A stretch of 64,000 bases of DNA, taken from the human T2T-CHM13v2.0 reference genome, Homo sapiens. Positions 44,235 to 59,310 of this stretch are shown here, piece by piece. A program made the translations under genes and the position numbers. The stretch's first letter is position 1; the number at the start of each line of letters is the position of its first letter. The notes beneath the pieces are model-generated. The model worked only from the letters and a program-made list of their open reading frames with translations, did not search any database and was not told where the DNA came from. The stretch is from NCBI RefSeq assembly GCF_009914755.1, contig NC_060934.1. The stretch is one strand, 5' to 3'.

Positions 44235-46782
44235 TTTACATTTTTTATAGTGCTTCCTTACTCCTTAGAAATCTCCAGATGATGGCAGTGAAGAATATTC
44301 TATACCAAGCACTGTGTTAGTTTCTTTACATATATGATCGTCACCTCTTAAGGAGGTGGAATGAGTGACATTCCCATTTCACAGATGAGGAGTATCGGGC
44401 TCAGAGAAATTAAATAATGTTTAAAAGATGATATTGCTTGTAAGTGCATAAGCTAGTCAGGTTGGATTGATTCCAGACTGATTTTTTTTTTCTAGATCAT
44501 ACCTATATATCTACGTCTTGCCATGAAGTAATTCTTAAAGTACATGAGATTTTATTCAGATTGCAAGGTATACTAGGGGTCTTTTTTAGATATATATTTG
44601 CATCTCTTCCTTCCCTTAGAAAAGATCCTTATATATTTATTCAAAAGTATATGTATTAAGCATTTACTGTGTACCAAGTGTAGTATATTAGTAAGTGCAT
44701 AGATTTTTAAATTCTTCAGATATTCTGGGCAGATGCCCAAAATAACATTGAGGGGAAGAAGCCATTATGAATGAGGAGAGCTCTGCTTCAGCCTAAGCTG
44801 AAAAAAGATTATAAAAGGAAGCCTTACCGATGGCTAGAAATTAAAAACAAGTTATTTATTGATAGATATAGCATCCTAGTGAATTATGGATTTATCTTAA
44901 TACATATTTATGGCAGTTATAACTTTTCCAGTCTCTAGAAAGATGTACAAGAACAGATTTCCAGTGTGTTAAATTTCTTTTAAGGTTATAGACTGGTTGT
45001 TTTGTAGCACTTTACAAGATAGGCTTTGACTTCCTTTCTGAGACCTTCATCTCAATTCAAGGAAGCTGTAGTTTAGAGTGTTTTGGTCTCAGTCCCAATT
45101 TCAAAATCTTGTGTGTTTTCCTTGAGAGTTTGCATTTCCCCTTCTCAGTCACATTGAACTGTGTGCTAGTATATCTTTTAAAATTTTGGTGGAGACGTTT
45201 GGAAGTTATTTTTATATTTGAACAATTGCAACAGTATAACTATTCAGATACTTAGCTCCTAGAATAATATTTATGCTTTTAAAAATAAATGCAGATGGTG
45301 TATAATAAATAGCTTTAATTCAAGAGTGGACTATGATAGTTTATAGACAACTGTATGTGCACATGTGCTTTGCTTGATAAAAGTACCTAGTCCCTAAAGG
45401 GGAATATAGAAACTAAATTGCATAAAAGTTCCAAATGTATTAAGATTCAAAATATAAAGGAAATTCATAAGGTCTAGAAAAATAGATCTTAAGTTAGGGA
45501 GATTTTCTAGATGATATGAAATCTGGATGCATTTATAGAAAAGATTCATAGTATATTTCTGTCTGATCAAAAATACTGTTAAAGTAAAACAGACTGGGTA
45601 AAGTATTGGTAATAAAGCAGAAAAGATTAATAAAGAAGTTGCTATAAATTAATAATGAATTCAGGAGAAACGTGGGTAAAGAAAGTAAACAAAACTTACA
45701 AAATAAATGCAGATGGCCAATAAACTTACAAAACTAATTTATCTCAATAACCAAAGAAATTAAAATTTGAACAAGGTACAATTATTTACCAATTAGGTTG
45801 TTAAAGAGTATTAGCCAGGAAAACAGCACACTAGATATTTCAAACCTAAGGGATTTGTTATGGGGAATTGGTTACCCAAATATTGGAAGGCTGAAAGAAC
45901 ATGAAGGGAATGCTGAAGTAACCCAGGAATTAGACGCATGAAGCAACTACTACTCAAGGGCTAGAGAGACAAAAGAGAAGGGGTAGTAGTATTACTATAA
46001 CCTAGGGCAGTGGAGTAGAAGCCACCATGGAGCTATTAGTATCCAAGGGGACTCTGCAAGGCTGGCATAGGGGGCAGGAAAAGGCTCCTAACAGTAGCTA
46101 GTTGTGTGCTGCTGTTGGAGAGAGGTCAACAACAGCAGGAATCAAGGAGAGTCTCCTCTTTCCTTCTCCCCTCTCCCACCTTACAGTCTCTCATCAGTAC
46201 CTCCCAGTGGCAGAGAATGGCCTCAGATGGGGTCTAGGAAATATTGTTTGCAGACTACCAGCCCCAGTGCCACAGAGCCTTTGAAAACTAGAAACTAGAG
46301 GTATCCACAGGTGCTAACAACCAGTTCTGGTGAGGGGTATTCAATGAAATAAAATGTGTATGTGGTTGGTAGGAATGTGAATGGATTCAACTTTGTGGGA
46401 AGATGATTTGGAAATACCTATAAAAAGTTTAAATGTCAATTGTCTTTGACCCAACAAATCTATGTCAAGAAATTTATCACCCAGAAATGCTAGCCAAGTG
46501 TGGAGAAATATATGTATATGATGTTTCATTGTGATATTTTATATAATTTCAAAAACCGGAAATAGCCTAAGTGTCTATCATTAGGGGATTGACTAAATGT
46601 ATTGTGGTGTATCCATTTAATAAACAAAATGGCCATAACAAAATAAGAGTTTTACCTGTGTTATTGTGTGATAAAAGCTGTATTACATGTGGTCTGATAT
46701 ATTTTGTCAAATCCACGAGAGTCACGGTGTTGAACTTAGCAAGGTTTTTCAGCTACTGCAAACATAAATTTAGAGGTAATAA

Positions 46783-46974
<192 letters not shown>

Positions 46975-49408
46975 TGAAAATACACCTACCAAATGTTCCC
47001 AGCTTACCAACAGGTTTCATACTCAAGCTTTGTTTAAAAGACAGGTGTTCAGAATGTGAATATGTTTTCTTGTACTTGGTGACTGTTGGCACTTTAATCA
47101 GCCCATGATTGTCTTTTTAACTTATGCACCTAATAAGGAGATATATTACTGCAGATCTTAATCACTTCTTGCAACGTTTCTAGGAGAAAATGCGCTTAGC
47201 ACGTAGAGTTCTACCGGGAGGATATATATTTTTCTTCCAATATAGTGTAAGAGATTTCCTGTCACCTACCTGGGGAATAGGCACTTCTCTCTTCTAAGCC
47301 ATGACTGGGATTGGGGTCAGATAGGGAAAGAGTTGAAAACAGGAGCAGGACAAGGGGAGATGAAGGCTGAAAAATGAGGGTTAGGGATAGGAATAGTGTC
47401 TGAAGGGTTGCGGCAGCCAGAGGGTCCTGTCCATGTGACCCTTGAGAAGTTTGTCTCAGGCTCTAAACTTCTTCCCATGTCCGATTTTTTTCCTTGCATT
47501 CCAGGGCTTGGTACCCTTGCCCTCCTTTCCCATGCTACAATTTCTTGCTTCTAATGTGTGCTTCTTTTCTTTTTTGGTTTCCTGATGAATATTTATTGAT
47601 TATTAACACTGTGCCAGATCTTAGACCGAAGGTTTTACTTAAATGAACTGGAAAAGTGAGGCTTAGAAAGATTAATCTACCAGTGTTATAGCTGGTAGAT
47701 TATGGAGCTGGAAGCCCAGTCCAGTTTTTTGGCCTCTGGAGCCCGAACTCTGAAGTGCAGTGCCTTACTGCTTCCTGAACAAGAACAGCCCTCTCCTTAC
47801 TCTTTTGTTCCTAAAGCCAACAACAACCTTTACTGAGAGAGTTTGCTAGTGATGATGAGCAGCACGTAGATAGGCTCTATTTTGATTATACCTTGCCTCA
47901 CCTTTCCCTTTACACTTTTGTAGAGAAATACATAGCAGGCCTGCCTGGAAAATGTTGGGAAGGAGTTCTTGTGTTGTGAGATTTGTGTCAATTGCGTTTT
48001 TGTTTTTGTTTTTTTTAAAGAAAGTGCAGTTATATACTGACCCTAAGTGACTTATTCTCAAAGAACATGTGCCCTGAAAGTCAGCATATGTTAGTCACTC
48101 ATTAGTTTCCATCTAAAATGAATAATTTCCTATTTATATCACAACACAATAAAGAGTCAATATAGTTAAAGCTGTTCTCAGAGTTTAGTCGAATCTTTTT
48201 GTTTTGCTCTAGAACAGCTTGTTACCACATGACAGAAAATGCCTACGCACCGCATCTGATCTGTACATGAAGCAGAAGTTATTTTAGGTTTGTGCAGTGT
48301 CAGGAAAGCAATTTTTTAACCTGATTCAGACATACATATTCTTAAAAGCTTTTAGCTAATCATTTTAACTCTTCTAATAAATATTCCCTGCTTGAAAAAT
48401 TTCTTTAGAAAGATAATATCTCGTAACTGTACTAAATTCATGTTTTACCATTTGCAATAACAAGCAGCACTGGTTTCTTAGTGCTTTAAGAGAAAAAGTA
48501 GTGAATGGTCTCAGGCTTTTTACCATTTTGGGGGGTCTTGAATTGCTATGTCTGATTTATCAATGGTATGAAACAGTCTTATACAAATGACACTGGTAAG
48601 CTTTTCAGCATGAAGGAAAAACAGGTTAGAGATTCTAAATAGAATTCTAAAAAGACTTCTAAGTAGCTTTTGTGGTCTTGCAATTTTATTTTACCTGTTG
48701 AAATTTTTATAGTTTTTAAGATAAATTTGTTGGTAAATGATTTTAATGTTTTTATAATTCACATTTGGAAAATATAAATACATAGAAGTTATAGAAATCC
48801 TTATTACTTAATAAAGTGGTTATAACTGCATTAAAGTGAGTATAGATTTGATAGTACTTATTAAAAATAAACTTTTGATAGACACACATTTAACTCATAG
48901 GATAGCAATGAAATAATTTCCTATGCTTTAATAAGATGCTTTATGTTAATTTTATTCCTTAAAAATATCTTACCAGTTTCATGTGCATTTTATACATTTA
49001 AGTGTATTAAAGTGTGGAATCTCCAATTTGTTATATTTTCCTGTGAACATTGCTGATGATTTACATGTAGATTATTTGAAAACTTAAAATGTACATTTTG
49101 ATGTATGTACTTAATACATAAATCTTTCTATGGGATCACTCTCATTTTGGTCAACTCTAATTTAGTGGTCTGCTAAGTACTGTGTGATATATAAATTTTA
49201 AAATTTTGGAAATCCAAAATTAGAGTTTGGAAGTGTGTGGTTTCAAAATAGAGGTGGTTAGAGGGCAATGGGTAAGGGAATGATGATTTTTAAACTATTT
49301 CCTAGTTATAATATCTTGCCATTTTAATCCATTATCCTCTAACGCTATAGTCTGTGACTTTCCTTACTTGAGTCTAGGTGGGTGCCACTTGAAATTCTTT
49401 TCCCTTTA

Positions 49409-49551
49409 CAGTTGCTTTTCAACTTATGATGGGGTTACATCCTTATAAACCTATTGTAAGTCAAAAACACAAGTTGAAAATCCATTTAATACCCCAACAA
49501 ACCCACTTGTAAAGTTGAAAAATTGAACCATTGTAAGTCCTGGACCATCTG
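49409..49551. mobile_element. Short Tigger-family MITE (MER47/Tigger5-like)
   Basis: TA-cagttgct...acttatgatggggttacatcc...ccattgtaagt...catctg-TA. Confidence 0.65.
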
Positions 49552-50028
49552 TATTAAACATACGCACAAAAAGGAAAAGAGCAACAGTGGGAGAATCAGC
49601 CCCGAAGGGGGAGTATCAATGACTGGAGTGAGGAAAATCAAATTTTAAAGTATGCTTTCCACTGTTCATTTATAGTGGAAATATATATAGTGGAAATATA
49701 GTGGAAACAACATAAATATGGTGGTTTCTGTTCCCTTATTGATTATTAAGGAATGTCTAAGATATATATGGTTTATTCCTGAACAGAGATCCATTATTTT
49801 TAAACATGTCTTTTTTAAAATTTAAAAATAAATGTTCGATTTGAATCTAAAAATTAGTACTTTGAATTTGTGGCAGAAACTCCACAAGTTTGATATATTT
49901 TTAATAGAAACTGGAAACAAGTAGATGTAGAATTCTCAGAAAGATTGTAAGACCCAGGAGTTTGTGTCTGCACGTTTTTATCCTCAGTGAATTGAACATT
50001 ATGACAATTTCATTCTTTCTTTTTATCC

Positions 50029-50326
50029 TTTTTTTTTTTTTTGAGACAGAGTCTCGCTGTGTTGCCCAGGCTGGAGTACAGTGGTGCTATCCCAGCTCAC
50101 TGCAGCCTCCGCCACCGGGGTTCAAGTGATTCTTGAGCCCTCAGCCTCCTAAGTAGCTGGGATTACAGGTGTGTGCCACCACAGCCAGCTAATTTTTGTA
50201 CTTTTAGTAGAGACTGGGTTTCGCCATGTTGTCCAGGTTGGTTTTAAAACTCCTGGCCTCAAGTGATCCGCCCAGCTTGGCCTCCCAAAGTGCTGGGATT
50301 ACAGGCGTGAGCCACCGCGCCTAGCC
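50029..50326 (-). mobile_element. AluS
   Basis: Antisense Alu; TSD-like aacattat on both sides. Confidence 0.94.
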
Positions 50327-51767
50327 CAACATTATATTTTCATTCTTGGTGAATTGAATATCAACTTTCCCTTTAACTTTTGAGAAACCTGCAGCGTTTT
50401 TATGTATTTCACTCATAAATACTTAAATCTGTCTTGTTCATCTTTTTATTCTCTAGTTATTTTTACCTTTTCTTTTCCTACTATTAGAATTTCCTACTAC
50501 TAGGATCACATGCAAATGCCTGCCAAGATTACATTCAGATCTCCTACAAAAAATGCTGGGACATAAAAAAGGATAGAAAGCCAAGGAAAGGGAGAGAGGC
50601 AGTAGACAAAGAAACCAAGTGGATTCAGTGTCTGACATGTGCCAACTGCCCAGTGAGATCACTTTTCTGATTTTCATTGGACAGTTGGATGGTTTGGGGC
50701 AGGGGTGTGTCCTGAAAATGTCTATCTTAATGGCTGAATTTAGACCAAGTTTTACAGAGGTACATATTGTTTTTAGAGGAGTTATCCATGTTCATGGGTA
50801 TTTTGCTTGAACTTTTCTTGTTCTTAGGGAATAAGATGATTACAAGTTAGATAATTTTTATAGTAAAATGCAGTTCTAAGTTAACTACTAGCATTTGATT
50901 TTATTATAAAGACAAATTAGAAGCAGTGAGCTTAACAGCATAAGCAAGGACTTTTAATATACTGTAATTTAAGAAAAATGGAAAAACCAATATAAATTTC
51001 GGTATTTTTTAGAATGATTTTAAAGGTTTTTCCTAATAATTCCCAGGTCTGACTAAACTTCTTGAGAGAATAACTGCTAGTTTTCTTATGGGTCACCTCT
51101 TAGCAGCACCTCTCATTTTATCTAGTTGAATAGATTGTTTTCTCTCTGGTTTCAGGTTCTCTTAATGCTAGTTGCTGTTCTTCTCAATGAGATAACTGGG
51201 CCATATTTTCTCTGTCAGAATAATTGAAATATATGGTGCTATTCATTAGAAAATATAATGGGCTTCCCTAGCAAATCATTCCAGGGTATACTATCCTAAT
51301 TTTATTTGACAAGGAAAATTCTCTTCATTATTTTATTGTCTTTAAAAAGCACTCCAAAGTGTGCAAGTTCTTAGAAGAATTCAAGAGGTATTCAGGATTC
51401 TCTTCTCTTTCCTGTTTTCTCTCTCTTTTGTTTCTGCGGATGAGGGCATTGTAGTATGAATACGAACCAGAGGCTGGAGGATTGGGCCTGGGGCCTGAGA
51501 GAAACCTCTTCAAGGGAGGCAGGTGGAGAAGGAAGGGAGAGGGAGTTTTAGAAGTCACTTAAGAGACAAGTCATTTATTATATCCATAAATTACATTTGT
51601 GTGGATTGGGACTTACTGTAGCTCAGCATCCTTTCATATACACATGGACCATGTTTGCTCAATATTTTGCAGAAAGCTGCTTTGCAAATCCTTATCTGCA
51701 TTGTATACCCTCTTTTCTACAAATCTGGTGGGAGTAGCATCGTATGGAAGAAGAGCACAGGTTTTAG

Positions 51768-51967
51768 AGCAGTGTTTCTCAAAGTGTGGTTTATGAAACT
51801 CCTGCCTCAAAAATGTCTGGTGTTCTTGCTTAAAGTGCAGGTTTTTGGGCTGCACTATAGATATGTTGAGTCAGAATTTCTGGGTTCGAAGCAGGGGAAT
51901 CTGAAGTTTTAAATAATGTTCCTGGGTGATACTTTATGCACTCTAAAGTTTGAGAAATCACACTGCT
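51768..51967. mobile_element. MER5-type MITE
   Basis: gcagtgtttctcaaagtgtggt ... aaagtttgagaaatcacactgc termini. Confidence 0.8.
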
Positions 51968-53124
51968 TTGGAATCACACTAATAAACGGTTTGAGCCTTT
52001 GAATACAATGTGAGTGGTGTCCTGTAGTTCTACCAGTACTCTATTAACAGGAATTAGCTATATGACAAGCAAACTATTTAAGTTAAATGTTTCTACACCA
52101 CTACTTCAGTGATTGTCAGTAGTATTTGTCATAGTGTTTCTGAAAGACTGCAAGGTTCCACGTGCCCTTTAAATCATTGGAGAAGACTAAATCATGTTCA
52201 ACATTATAATTGATGCTGAGCAGATTTTATTACATTTTATTCACAGCCTTAAAAATGTATAATTTAAATACAGACTATGTGCTAAACAGTCTACAGATAG
52301 AAATAATGATTAACTGAGTACCTTATTTACTGAATAGATCACATAAGAAAAGCAAAAATATATGTTAAAAATTTATGATACCTCTGATTCTTTCATCCAC
52401 TTTAGTGAGGTGTTAATGTGAGATTCTGCTGTTACCACAGTCATTGTTTTCCTGTACTTGTGAACGATTTATCATTGATCCAAGTATTGGAATTCCTTCT
52501 TTAAATTTCTAATGAAAAGTTTTGTTTTGAAACTTCTGATTTGTTTTAAGAATTTTGCTATTCTTTTTTCTGCTGACTTTGGATCCATCCATTGAGTCTT
52601 TCAACATTTATTGAATACACTATGGTTTTGGTAATAGTCTCTGTCTTGAAGCCAGGAAAGACTGAATATGCCACAATCCCAGAATCATGGGTAGGAATGG
52701 AGAAAGGGAAGAAAACAGCAAAGAGCTGTAAGCCAATAGTAAGTGTGCCAATAAACAGGGTCTAGAGCACAGCAGTTGGGCTTGGAAGAGTTACACACAC
52801 TTGGCTAGAATGTATTATAGTCAGGATCTGAATCTGTATTCCCTAATGCCCCTGAGCCTATTTCCTTACCTCTTAGGTGGGGGTAGAGCCCCTATGCATA
52901 GGGTAGACAGGAGTAGTAAAGGAGAAAAATGTGTGAACTAGTACCTGCCCGAGTAAGCACTCATTACGTGATAGCTATATTATAAAATATTATTCTAACA
53001 GAAAAATTAGTGTGATAACTTAAGGAGTACATACATGGACTATAATTTTTATATGTATCTGTCAACCGTATGCAAACGGATGAATAATTAGAAATTCTGC
53101 GAGAAAACAGGTTCACATGTATAA

Positions 53125-53298
<174 letters not shown>

Positions 53299-54667
53299 TA
53301 ACTCTTCTATTGTGTGAGGGTCTAATTATTGTATATTGATTTTTATATTATTAAAACTAAAACAGTGCATCTTTGCTTAATTGGTATAATATACAATTAC
53401 TATAAAATATTTTTGTTTATTTCAAAAGTATTTATTATAAAAAATTTGGAAATTACATAACATTTAAAACTTCTCATGATTTCTCTGAGCCTTTCTTCAT
53501 GTACTTTTCACCTCAGAAATGGAGATATGAGTTGTATATTACATTTTGTAAACAGATTTTTTCACTTGTATCATGAACATTTTCCAAGTCATCAGAAATC
53601 CTTTTATATCATTTTTAATGAGTGCATAGTAGTTCTTCCGTGGATTTACCATAAATTACAAATCCTCTATTGGACAAATAGAGTTCCTTTTCCTTTTTGT
53701 TTCTTTTACTTTATAAACAATGCTATGATGAATATTCTTAAAGGAGAAATTCCTAGAAATAAAATTGCTGAGTCAAGAGTTTGCAAGTAGTAATTTTTAA
53801 AATCTATTTTTTCTACAACCTGGCCTAAGTGAGCTAAACAGAAGACTGGAATTTTAACTAAGTTATATCTCAGAAGTACTAATATGCTAAATTAAGTCTT
53901 TATTTGAGTTTTAGGAAAAATATAAATTTACATACAATTTTTGATGAAATTAAAACTCTTGTCTGAGCTTGAATTTCTTGTTTTGCTATTGAAAAGGATG
54001 AATTTGTAATGGATATTAAGTTACTAGTAGTTGAGAAACCAAGAATTTTAAAGTAATCAATTGGTATTGCCAAGCTTGGGTATTTTCATTACCAGTGTGC
54101 CTTTTGAACTCAAAAGACTTTGACACTTTATAAATCTTTTAAATCAAATTGTATCATTCCCCACATTTTTCAGGTCTTTTGCTACGGGAGGGTGATTAGT
54201 GGGATTAGAAATCTTACAACATTAATTAATTAATTAACTATTGAGTGCTTTCTTTATGCTTGGCAAAGGGTATGTTAATGAACAGAAATTCCCTGCTGTC
54301 ATAGAGCATACATTTTCCACCAAAGTTGGATAAAAAAATAAGCTAGGATTGTGTGTTTACTTTTTCCAAAAGTAATGATTTTAAACTGTTAACCTTCTGG
54401 TTACTATGTACCTAGATTAAGCTTCTTTCACTGGTATTATGACCTATGTTGACATAAGGGGTAAGACTATTTTCCTGTAGTTGTGTTAAGACACTGTATT
54501 AGTTTGTATCTGTGGCTGTTTTAATTTTGTCTAGAGTTAAGATTTTGTTGCATTGTAATTTTGGTATAGATATTTCAGTAGTTTCTAGGATTTTATGGAG
54601 GGTATAATTTTATTGCATCATTTATTTTGTAGTATAGTTTTAAAAATTATAAAATAATATATGTCTA

Positions 54668-55862
54668 TCATAAAAGGCAAAAATTGGTAAATTGGACCTC
54701 ATCAAAATAAAAAATACTTGCTCTATGAAAGACCTTCTTAAGAGGATGAAAAGAAAAGCTACAAACTGGGAGAAAATATTTGCAAACCACATGTCCAACA
54801 AAGGACTTTTATCTAGAACATAGAAAGAACTCAGAACCCAACAGTAAAAAGCCCAAGAAATCCAATTAGAAAATTCATGAACAGATATTTCATCAAAAGA
54901 TAAAAGATAAACAGATGGTAAGTAAGCACATGAAAAGATGTTCACCATCATTAGCTAGCAGGGAAAAAATACAAATTAAGAGCACAATAAAAGATCACTG
55001 CACACCTCTCAGAATGGCTGAAATAAAAGTGACGACACAAATGCTGCCAAGGTTGAGGAGAAACATAATCTCTCAGGTGTTGCTGGTGGGAATGAAAATT
55101 AGCCACTCTGAAAAACAGTTTAGTGTTTATGTTTTGTTTTTTTTTTTAATAATAAAAGTAAGCTTGTGATTACTGTACAACCCAGCATTTGCAGGACTAG
55201 GTGTTTATCGTAGAGAAAGGGAAAATTACATTCACATAAAAACTTGTGCATGAATGTTGATAGCAGCTTTTTTCCTAATAGCTAAAAGTGGGAAACAACT
55301 CAAATGTCCTTTAATGGGTGAACAGTTAAACAACTGGTCATCCATCCATACCATGGAAATATAGCAATAAAAAGGAATGAACTCTAGATACAAGGAACAG
55401 TCTGGACGAATCTCTAGAGAATTATGCTGAGTGAAAAAAGATAATCTCAAAAGATAACCTTCTGTATGCTTCCATTTACATTACATTTTCAAAATGTCAA
55501 AATTATAGTCTTGGAGAACAGATTAGTGGCTGCCAGGGGATTTAGGGGTAGGAACTCTAAAGTTCACAAAGGAGCCTTGGGGTGATGACCAATTCTGGGT
55601 CTTAAATGTGGTAGTAGTTACACAGATCTACACATGTGATAAAACTGCATAGAACTGTATAGACACACATAGATGAATGTATGTAAAACTGGTGGAATCC
55701 GAATAAAGTTTGTGGGTTGTGCCAATGTCCATTTCTTGTTTTTTGATAATGTTACGCCGTTTCCCTTTGAGGGGAAACTAGTGAAAGGGTACATAGGACC
55801 TGTTGTACTTTTTTTGGGCAGCTTCTGGTGAATCCTTATAATTATTTCAAAATAAAAAGTTA
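54668..55862 (+). mobile_element. L1M 3' end (ORF2 C-terminal remnant and 3'UTR)
   Basis: aattggacctcatcaaaat...gggagaaaatatttgcaaacc...aaaagatgttcaccatcattag ... attatttcaaaataaaaag. Confidence 0.85.
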
Positions 55863-56103
55863 ACTCCTTCCCCAAAAAAGAGCACTGGTGGCAGGACTTG
55901 TGCAAAACAAGAGGAATGGAAATTTGTGCTTTAATCAGTGACAGGAAAATTAAGAGTAAGTATCTCAGATTAATTAGAAAACTCTTCAAAAATCTGTTTC
56001 TAACTAATCTAAGGTGGATTTTAAGATTTTCTACTGGGATAATATGAAATAAAAGTATGCTAAACAAGCAAGAAAATAATTTATTTATTTTGCTTCATTT
56101 TAG

Positions 56104-56274
<171 letters not shown>

Positions 56275-57209
56275 TAATGAAAAAGGATTACGTTCTAGCA
56301 AACTCAAATTAACATGGAAATTGTTTGCTTTATTTTATGAAAGACCCAAAGTGAGAGACCGGCATGCTGAGGAGAGTCAGGAGATAAAATAGGGGATATT
56401 CTCTGTTTATAATTCAATGCTGTTATTTGCTTGGTTTGCAGGGGGCCAGGAAAGTTAATGCCCATTACCACTGACTTTCAGTTTAAATGAGCTTTCCTAA
56501 CAGTTTAATGTTTTAGAAAGTGTTTCTATTCATCTTTACTCATACTCAGGAGTGGGTCAGGGAAAGAGAGCTGTTGTGGGGAGATGGCAGGCCAGCGGCA
56601 GGAGAAGGAGTGGTGCCTAGGAGGTCTCTTCCTTGTTTAGGCATTGGCCTGACCTCCGTGGTAAGCTCTCTGACCTTGGGCTACTTACTTAACCTCTCAG
56701 GCCCTCAGTTTCTGTCTTAAGGAATATCATATAAAACCTACCATCTAGGGTTTTGTTTTGTTTTGTTTTTGTTTTTTAAGAGATGTAAATAAGAAAGGTG
56801 TGTTTCCCTTTGCACAGCACCTGGTACTTAGTAAAAGCTGTTATGGGTTAGCCCAGGTATTCCCATATAATCAGTTCCATGATGAATTTTTTGCAAGAGC
56901 AAGTAAATTTACCAATATTTCTAAGGTTGCAACATACCTTAGTATCTAAGCCATTCTTTCTATGTGAACTAAATCTTTAGAATTTCATGAGAAAATTAAC
57001 TTTAAAGTTTGAAAATGTTTTTTAAGTCTGTGAGTAAAGAAATACTTAAAATTATTTTGGTGGTTCTGTTTGACTTCTCATCACTTTTTGGCAACTCTTA
57101 ATTTTTTTAGGGCAGCCAGGGGAATGTCCTTTCACCTGTTTGACCTGCTTTAGGCTGAGGAAAATGATGGTGAGGGCAGGAGTTTCTTACTGTACAATGT
57201 CTGCAGGTA

Positions 57210-57312
57210 GAGTCAGAATTCTCATCAGGCTGTGATGCTCAGTTGTGTGTAGATTGAAAGCCCTAATTTTACACACAACTGAGGATCATAGCCTGATGGT
57301 TCCTTTTTGTTT
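57210..57312 (+). ncRNA. MIR3941: pre-miRNA hairpin MIR3941 (mature TTACACACAACTGAGGATCATA, 57269-57290) in intron 7
   Basis: 29-bp inverted repeat 57223-57251 / 57270-57298 with one mismatch, one G-U pair and an 18-nt loop. The name is recalled from memory of the miRBase entry hosted in PLEKHA1. Confidence 0.85.
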
Positions 57313-57598
57313 TACTCTTAAGTCCAAAATACCAGTCAGAGATATTTAAGTGCTTCTGCAAAAACTGTTATTTTATTGACAAAAAATATTTGTACAAAAT
57401 AGGTTTACTTTATTAAATATTTAGTGCTTTACTACTATGTATAAAGTACTTGTGGAAGAATTCATATGTTTTTACAGATGGAGAAACTTGATGTGGTTTA
57501 ATAACATTTCCTGTGTTTGCTCTTTACATGGGGTTGGCGGGGGCGAGGAGTAGGAGGAAGGGGAAGTGCTTTTAAAAAAAAAAAAAGTTTCAACATTA

Positions 57599-57997
<399 letters not shown>

Positions 57998-58144
57998 TTA
58001 ATTTATCGCATCTCTAAGGGAAGTAATGAGATTTTTCACTGCTTGGCATGTCTGATTGTGGGTTCATATCAGGGTAATTAAGTGGTGACTAACATTTGAC
58101 ATTCTTAGAAACACAAGTCTTATGTCTGTGTTCATCTCTGGTAG

Positions 58145-58312
<168 letters not shown>

Positions 58313-58483
58313 TAAGTCTAGTTTTTAGAGGTAAATATAGTTTATTTGGTTGTGATGCTTTTGGTTAATGATATTTTTCTTAAATACATTTTTAAGTAAA
58401 AAGATCCTATCTTCAAAGCAGCATTCCACCTTGAAAGATCTGAAGATCTCAGAATCCTCTAGTCTATAAATTTCCTCTAAAGG

Positions 58484-58783
58484 GGCTGTCCTCTTGGGGG
58501 GTTAGCCCCACGTGGAGTAGGGAGAGAAGGGCATCCACATGGGGAAGGGGTGGTGGCAGAGATGGGAGAATGGTCACATACACAGTGATTTATAAAATCA
58601 GGAACTATATTAAGTATAATAGAAGCCAAGTCTTTTCAGAGAAACAATACTTTTTGGTGAATGAATGTATATCTGTATATATGATGAGGAATGAGATATT
58701 TACATAGTTTCAAAGTACCTATCTACTAAAATAGGTATTAAGTATTGTACAAGGGGAAAAAGAGTAACATTACAGTGAGGAAA
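58484..58783 (+). repeat. Dispersed direct repeat, copy 1 (partner 61074-61372)
   Basis: About 16 differences in 300 bp by manual alignment. Confidence 0.93.
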
Positions 58784-59117
58784 GTGGTGTAAAGAATTCT
58801 GTCTGTAAAAGTCAATATTTAACCCTCTGTATTTCTTTCTCTTGAGATTTTCTTTACCTATTTCACATTGACTCATAAATCACTTCACATAAGATGTTTT
58901 TATCTTCCCTGAAGGTAGAATCAGAAATTGAAATTCCCTCTTCGCCTTGTTTGAGTTGCATCCTTATTTAAAATATTGTAGGGTGATCTGAGTCCTGAAA
59001 TAGCTTATTGGAGACATTGAATGCAATTCTGTAGTATAAATGTCTATCCTACGTCTTCTTTTTGTATGGGATCTTTGAGAAGGGAACTTATACTTTGTTT
59101 GAATGAAGTCACCAGAA

Positions 59118-59310
59118 CAGCATTGTCCATTAGAACTTTCTGCACAAATGGAAATGTGCCGTATCTGTATTGTCCAAGGGCACTAGCTACATGTAGCTGT
59201 TGAGTGCTGGAAATGTGGCTAGTGTGACTGAGGAACTGACTTAATTTCATTTTAATTAATTTATATTTACATCATTACACACAATGGCCACTGTATTGGC
59301 CAGCAGAGCA
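59118..59310. mobile_element. MER3-type hAT MITE
   Basis: tgtccattagaactttctgc...actagctacatgtagctgttgag...aatgtggctagtgtgactgaggaactga. Confidence 0.75.
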
